The notes under the pieces: model-generated
The model's database searches: none
What the model was told of the DNA's origin: nothing
The model's input: only the letters and a program-made list of their open reading frames with translations
Shown here: positions 58,270 through 64,000 of the stretch, in pieces
Layout of the letters: each line of letters opens with the position of its first letter
Numbering within the stretch: the stretch's first letter is position 1
Assembly: GCA_025558095.1 (NCBI GenBank)
Contig: JAIVFI010000028.1
Coordinates: 434,001-498,000, forward strand
Origin: Hyaloraphidium curvatum SAG 235-1
Taxonomy: Eukaryota; Fungi; Monoblepharomycota
Direction of reading: 5' to 3'
DNA length: 64,000 bases
Made by a program: the position numbers and the translations under genes

Positions 58270-59769
58270 TCACAGCCACCTCGGCCTGCCCCTCGCCGCG
58301 AGCCGCACGAGGAAGAAAGCCACGAAGGTGCCCCCAGGGCCCCTAGCCAAACGCGATCCATCCGCCACGCCCAGATCCGCCGCGACCCGGGGCATCGCCA
58401 GAGCCAGGGCCGAGAGCAGCGTCAACCCGGCGACAAAGTGCGGGAACGACGAGCGGTTCTGCCGCACGGGGGCGAGCGCCGGCAGGGCGTAGAGGCCCGC
58501 CAAGGAGGTAGCGATCAGGTACAGCTGAGCCCACAACCTCGCGAGGAGCAGCGCCGCCGATGTCCAGGAAAATGAGGTGGAGGGTGCTCCGGCCGGCGGG
58601 GAGAAGCCGAGGAAGGATAGCAGCGACGCCGCCACGTGTCCCGAGAGACAGGCCCACCCTCCCAACAGGCACAGGTACACCGCCCCGCAGGCCAGGTCCC
58701 AGAGCGCGATCGGCACCCGAGCCGTGCTCTCGTTCACCAGCAGCTCGAAGTCCAGCGCCTCGATCTGCTGCTCGATGGATTCCCGGTCCAGTGGCGTGTC
58801 GTCCGCGGGCCTGGTAAGCGGGGTTTCCCACTTGTTTGGTTGCGGGGAGAGAAGGCCAGTAATCGAAACGTGGCGGGCGTAACGCCGCGTGACTTCCCGC
58901 GGGCGCGAGGCGCTCCTGGGCGTCGACAGCGACCGCGAGCGGCGGTCCGCCGCGGTGTCGGGGGAAAGCAGGTTCCCGTTGACTGCCGAATCCTGGCGGG
59001 CGAGCAGCCGGGATGCCGCCCCGTGCTTCCCCGGCGCCGGGTTCTCCAGCTGGGATCGCAGGTAGCTCCGCTCCACCTCGATGGCCTCGTTGCGCGCCTC
59101 GAGCCTCGCTCGCAGGTCCAGCGGAATCCAGGCCGAAGCCACGCGCCGGAAGCCCACTTCCGCGCCGAGAGGCGAGGCAAGGAGGCACAAAAGGTACATT
59201 GGCGCGCGCAGCACCCCGAGGAAGAGCGATCCAATCGAGGAGAAGCCCAACAGGCGGCCCGCGGCGACGAAAAGAGCGGCCACAAGGGCGTACGTGAGCA
59301 GCAACGACTTGGCCGCCTCCCGCAAACGTCTTCCGACGTTAGCGCCCGTGTCCGTCTCGAGGTACAAATACGCAGTCGGCAAAAGGCACGCGAGGCTGCC
59401 CGCAGCCACGACGTCCGCCGCCGCGCCCATTCTCGCCAGCAACCCGGGCGTCAGCCACGGTTTTCCCCAGCCCCACGACGCGCAGGCAGATCCGGCCGTG
59501 GCCAGGGGTATCATGGTAAGCTTCTGCAGCACGCCCGCGACGGCCACGGTGCAGAAGAAGAACACGAGCGACAGCGGCTCCCCGAGCGTGTCCGCCAAGA
59601 AAAGTTCAACTTCGTCGTCCTCGGCCCCGGGCCGCTCGGCCTCCAGGCGCTCCCGGGCGCGTGCGGGGCGCCGCCAGCGCGACGCGAGCGACCACGCGCC
59701 GACGACGGTGAAGGCCCAGCTCCAGCCCGCCAGCACGATGTCCTTGACGAGCTCGTGAAACTCGGCCAT
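58270..59769 (-). CDS. LMBR1-like membrane protein
   Basis: TM pattern with WLTPGLL, LLPTAYLYLETD, LLASPLG, a coiled segment, LYLIATSLAGLY and ALAMPRVAADLG, matching the LMBR1 family layout. Confidence 0.7.
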   Translation of the reverse strand: MAEFHELVKDIVLAGWSWAFTVVGAWSLASRWRRPARARERLEAERPGAEDDEVELFLADTLGEPLSLVFFFCTVAVAGVLQKLTMIPLATAGSACASWGWGKPWLTPGLLARMGAAADVVAAGSLACLLPTAYLYLETDTGANVGRRLREAAKSLLLTYALVAALFVAAGRLLGFSSIGSLFLGVLRAPMYLLCLLASPLGAEVGFRRVASAWIPLDLRARLEARNEAIEVERSYLRSQLENPAPGKHGAASRLLARQDSAVNGNLLSPDTAADRRSRSLSTPRSASRPREVTRRYARHVSITGLLSPQPNKWETPLTRPADDTPLDRESIEQQIEALDFELLVNESTARVPIALWDLACGAVYLCLLGGWACLSGHVAASLLSFLGFSPPAGAPSTSFSWTSAALLLARLWAQLYLIATSLAGLYALPALAPVRQNRSSFPHFVAGLTLLSALALAMPRVAADLGVADGSRLARGPGGTFVAFFLVRLAARGRPRWL

Positions 59770-60115
59770 GGGAAAGCTATCGGCAGGGAGCGCGGACCGG
59801 GGGCCCCATTCTGGCGACGGGGAAGGTGGAGGCACGTGTTTCGGGTCGCTGGTCCCCGCGCTCCTCCGGAATCTGTAAGCACTTTACCTGTGAGGCAGAG
59901 CCTGGCGAGGCACGCACGCCATGAGATCAATCCAAGTTGTCAGCTCCAGCACTAGATCTGGCTTTTGCGAGTCATGCCTGCCCACTCGGTGGACTCGGAT
60001 CCCTCTATGCCATCTCGGCGGTTTTTCCGGCCTCACCCGCTCGTTTCAACGCCGGGTCCGTACGGCTCTGGCTCTAACATACCATTGCATTCATCGAAGA
60101 CTATTGCTAAACACA

Positions 60116-62125
60116 TTACGGCACAATACACTCCCCCCAGTGCGCGATTATCTTGCATCGACCCGAGAATCCATAAACCAGGTCCGGATGATTCGCGAAC
60201 TTGAGCGTCACCGTCGTCGGGGGAACGCCGTCCGGTGCGTAGATGAGGATGTGGTTATCGCCCGGCCAATACCGCGGAAGCGCGTATGTGCTGGTGCTGC
60301 CCTCGAGCAAACCCTCCGTCCACTCCGCCGCCCATCGATCCGAAGGAGTGAAGGTTAGGGTGCCTCCGGCTAACACTCCGTCACCGCTGTTCCGGATGAT
60401 AAGCGGACGGTAATTTCCCCGTCCCTCCCGGAAGTCTGCATGGCGTGACAATGTGTAAGCGGCCTGCCATCATCTTGCTGCATCCTATTGCCTACCGGTG
60501 CAGGTTCCCGGGCTCCAATCGGAGCCATTTGCAATCGTCGGACCAGTTAAGGTACATGCCAGGTCGGCCTTGTAAACCGCGGGCTTGCCGTAGATCCTGA
60601 ACACGAGGGGCGCCGTGTCCGGTGGGCTCGTCGCAGTTATGGTGACGGTGGCCTCCAGCCCTGATGCGAGGTCCGGGATGGTGCCGATTCGGAATCGGGT
60701 CCCCCACCAAAAATGCTGGGTAGCAAGCCTCATGGGGACCTGGTCGACAATCCAGGCCGATTTGTTGACGCCGGTGGGAACAGAAATGGTGGCTGTGATC
60801 CCGTCGATGAACTCGTCCCCAATATTCTTCAGGATTAGATCGTTGTATCTCCTCCCATAGGGGTCGTATGGATCAATGTTCTTGAACTCGGTGCAGGACC
60901 TCTCGATCGGTGAGTAGAACGAGTTGTTGGCGACGCGGGTCGTGTTGTGGACGGATCCGGTGGTCATGCTGTCGTCGCAGAAGAGCGCCAACCGCTCGAC
61001 GGGGACCGCAATGGTGGTCGTGGGGGTGGTAGTGAGGCTAGTGCTCGAGGTCGTGCTGGTCGTCAGGGATATCTGGACGTGCGAGCCAGTGAGTGGAAGC
61101 ATGGGACGCGCACTCTGGGAGCGGCTGCCCACAGTCGTAGATGTCCGTGTTGCGGTGCTGCTGGTCCTCGTGAAGCTGCTCGTGCTGGAAGTTCGGGTTC
61201 TCGAGCTGGTGCTGCTCGTCCTCCAGGTCTGGAATGCGTCCTTGAGACGGCAGGCCGCGAGGCAAGCAGCGGCAGAGCAGCTTACCGTCGTAGATGTCTG
61301 GGACTTCGTGCTGCTCGTTCGCGTGGCGCTGCTCGTGCTCGAAGTCCACGACCTCGAGCTGGTGCTGCTCGTTCTAGTGAAGGTGCTTGTACGGGATGTC
61401 TGGGACCTGGAACTGGTGCTGCTTGTCCGTGAGGTCTGTGATGCGTCCGTGAGGAGGCAGCAGGGGAAATAGCGGCCGAGCAGCTTACCGTCGTAGATGT
61501 CTGCGATGTGATACTGCTGGTTCGCGTGGCTCTGTTTGTGCTGGAAGTCTGGGACCTGGTGCTGGTGCTGCTGGTGATCGAGATCTGGATCGCGCATGAG
61601 CGGATGCCGGAGCAAGGAGAGGGGGCCGGCCCACAATGGTCGACGTTGAGGTGCGCGACGCCGTGCTGGTGCTTCTCGAAGAGCTCCTAGTGCTGCTCGT
61701 TTGCGTCGGGGTCGGAGAAGTGCTGCTCCGGCTCGCGGTGCGGGTCAAAGTGGTTTGGGAGCTCTGCGGAGTCTCGTGGGCGGTCGCCATGAATCAAACA
61801 TGAGGACTGACCATCGTCTGCGACGTCGTTCCGGAAAGGGAGGTGGTCGAACGTGTCTGTGACGTCGAAGAGCTGGCTGTTCGCGACTTGGTTGAGCTTG
61901 TGCGGGAGCTCTGTTCAGGAGAACGGACTCATGAGAGGATGCTCCGCCATTCCAGCAGAGCAACCGGTCCGTACCGTTGTTGGCGTTTGCGTCGCGGTCG
62001 CCGAGGTTGTCTGGGAGGGCAGGATCAGCGGGAGATCGCAGGATGGGGCCATGACGTGATCTCACCGATGTGAGGCAAGGACACGAGGCCGCGAGATCCA
62101 CAATTGCGGCTAGATTGTTCCGCAT
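60116..62125 (-). CDS. Ser/Thr-rich (mucin-like) protein with C-terminal beta-rich domains; multi-exon, 5' end uncertain
   Basis: TSSTSSRSQTS repeat exons followed by two similar segments (YNDLILKNIGD / YRPLIIRNSGD). Confidence 0.6.
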
Positions 62126-63063
62126 GGTAACGAAGACGGTCCTAGTCCGGGTGATCTCGGCGCACTGCGAGAGTGATCAGCACGACCCGCAGTACGGGGC
62201 ACATGTCCGGCCCACAGTCTGAAGCACGGTTTGGGTGCGGGTCCGGAAGACGGTCGCGGTGCTGCGCGGTCAGCGTTAGCCTCCTTCTCCTCCGCGGCCG
62301 CCGGCGGCTCACCAATCGGGAAGGAGGTCGCGCTCACTGTTTCTCGGCCATTCCACGGGCCCTGCCGACGCGTCCGTCGCGGAGTAGAGCACCATCGCGA
62401 CGGCACAGGCAATCCCTGCGAGTGACAACGCCGTGCGGGTGCGAATCGTCGCGTTTCTGCTGCGTGTGGGTGGTTCCCGGTTTTCGGGAACGCGGGAACC
62501 GATTCGCCAGTCCCGCATCCTGGGCGCCCGCGACGTGCCGAGAGAAGGATCCACGGGCGCGGCGAAAGCAATTCCAGTTGTCCTACTCGGTGTAGAGTCA
62601 CAGGCGAGAGGCAGCGGGAGGATAAAGTGACGGTCGGAGGGAAATCAGTCAGTCAAGTCAGCACCGCGATCGTAAAAAAAAAGGCGGCATTGCGCAGGGA
62701 TAACCCCAAGAGCAGAGCTGTGTCGACATCGGATCGCACCAAGATTAACCTCGAAAGCGACATTGTGCCAAGTATATCCAGCCACCGCCATCGTCACTCG
62801 AACCACCCAGATCGTTGTCATGGTCGTTATCTGAAGGCGATCCACGACGCAGCAAGCAAACAATATGTTCCCGACGCGTTTACCCTATTGGACGTGTGGT
62901 TGGCCGCGTCCCAGGAAAGGGTCGTTTGCCTTCGCCTATCGTCTTCTTGCCCTTGTTCGGCCACAGCCGGGACCCGTATTTCACCCGTGGCCGGACGCCT
63001 TCAATCCTCTCACCTCGCGGCGAGGGCATTTCGCTTCGAATCAGCTACAGCACCATATCAAAA

Positions 63064-64000
63064 TCACGCCTGCCCCTCCGTCAGATCCTTCTCCTCGGCG
63101 GTCCCCTCGGCCTTCTTCCTCATCCACTCGTTGAACACCCGATCCGTCCCGCACAGCCAATCCCAGAAGCCAGTCTGGCTAGCGTACATGCCCATGTTGA
63201 CGGAATGGTGGAACGCGTGCGCGGGCTCGTGGCGCACGACGTCGGGGAGCAGCGCCCTCACGGGACTCCAAGGGAACGTATAGCCAACGTGCTCGTCGAG
63301 CGAGACGACCATCCGCACCATGGCCCACAGGGCGACGGTGAAGATGTGCACGCGCAGCGAGGGGAAGCGGGCCGAGAGGGCCGAGAGGACGAGGGGGCCG
63401 GCGATGACCGGGATCACGTTGCCGAGGAGGAACTCGACCGGGTGGGCGTTCTCGGCGGCCAAGGTGGCGTTCTCCTTGTACTGATGATGGACCTTGTGAA
63501 TGTAGGGATACCACGAAGGGTGGTGGAGGGCGCGGTGCGACCCTGGAATGTCAACGAGGTCAGTGATCAGCACACGCTGTCAATTCCGCCGCCGAAACCC
63601 ACAATAGAAGAATGCGTCCTCGACCAGCAGCGAAAAGTAAACCTGCAGCACGATCTTGAGCGGCCCGGGGAAATCGGCCGCCTTGGCGCTGAAGGACCCC
63701 GCGGGCAACTTCGTCTCGCGCGTATCCCACATGCTCAGGCCGATTGGGTAACCGAGGGCCGCGTTGTTGAACAGCGTGAGGGCGAGTGACCTCCTGAAGA
63801 GCTTCCAGAAGGCGGCGCGCTTGGCGGGGTCCTCGGACCTCCACGGAAAGTCCTTCTTAAGGGAACGGAACCGCTCGAACCATGGATGGTTCGCGTAGTA
63901 GACCGGGAGCATGGCCAAGTTGCCGAGCAGCACGGTGCCGAAGCTCGTGACGAACACAATTCTCTGTACCGTCGCCTTTTCGCCGCCCAGGAGGTCGACG
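63064..64000 (-). CDS. Sterol C4-methyl oxidase-like (ERG25 family) desaturase, 5' end outside window
   Basis: HRALHH, IHKVHH, AENAHPVEF, DEHVGYTFPW, HAFHH and WDWLCGTD. Confidence 0.88.

Overview
This is GC-rich eukaryotic DNA, gene-dense, with many short (~50-65 nt) GT-AG introns. Gene content and style suggest an early-diverging fungus such as a chytrid or monoblepharid (inference). Housekeeping and accessory genes include: a TKL kinase fragment, a RuvC/Ydc2-like resolvase, F-box proteins, tRNase Z, a Baeyer-Villiger monooxygenase, a BTB protein, an AreA-like GATA factor, two sterol desaturase-family genes, two VOC proteins, an MRJP-like protein, a secreted Asp-box propeller, a lipase, a thioesterase, CAMK and S6K-like kinases, a UvrD helicase, a PDR ABC transporter, RidA, a GNAT and an LMBR1-like protein. 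The standout is a six-copy gene family scattered over 11.6-45.4 kb on both strands. Each copy is split by one intron at the same position, so the ORF track hides it. After splicing, each encodes a near-invariant ~150-aa His-rich domain (VDEIWHAHILHTIDY...FLHHxP, GRDP/DUF1399-like) fused to a hypervariable tail of short repeated single-Cys motifs (A-F/L-C-hydrophobic, e.g. 8 x 11-aa xxxRDAFCIPK). The copies share promoter and 3'-UTR elements and show gene-conversion mosaicism and gain or loss of whole cores. The architecture resembles a self-modifying (enzyme-fused) RiPP precursor or a new Cys-array metal-binding protein. This functional reading is a hypothesis.
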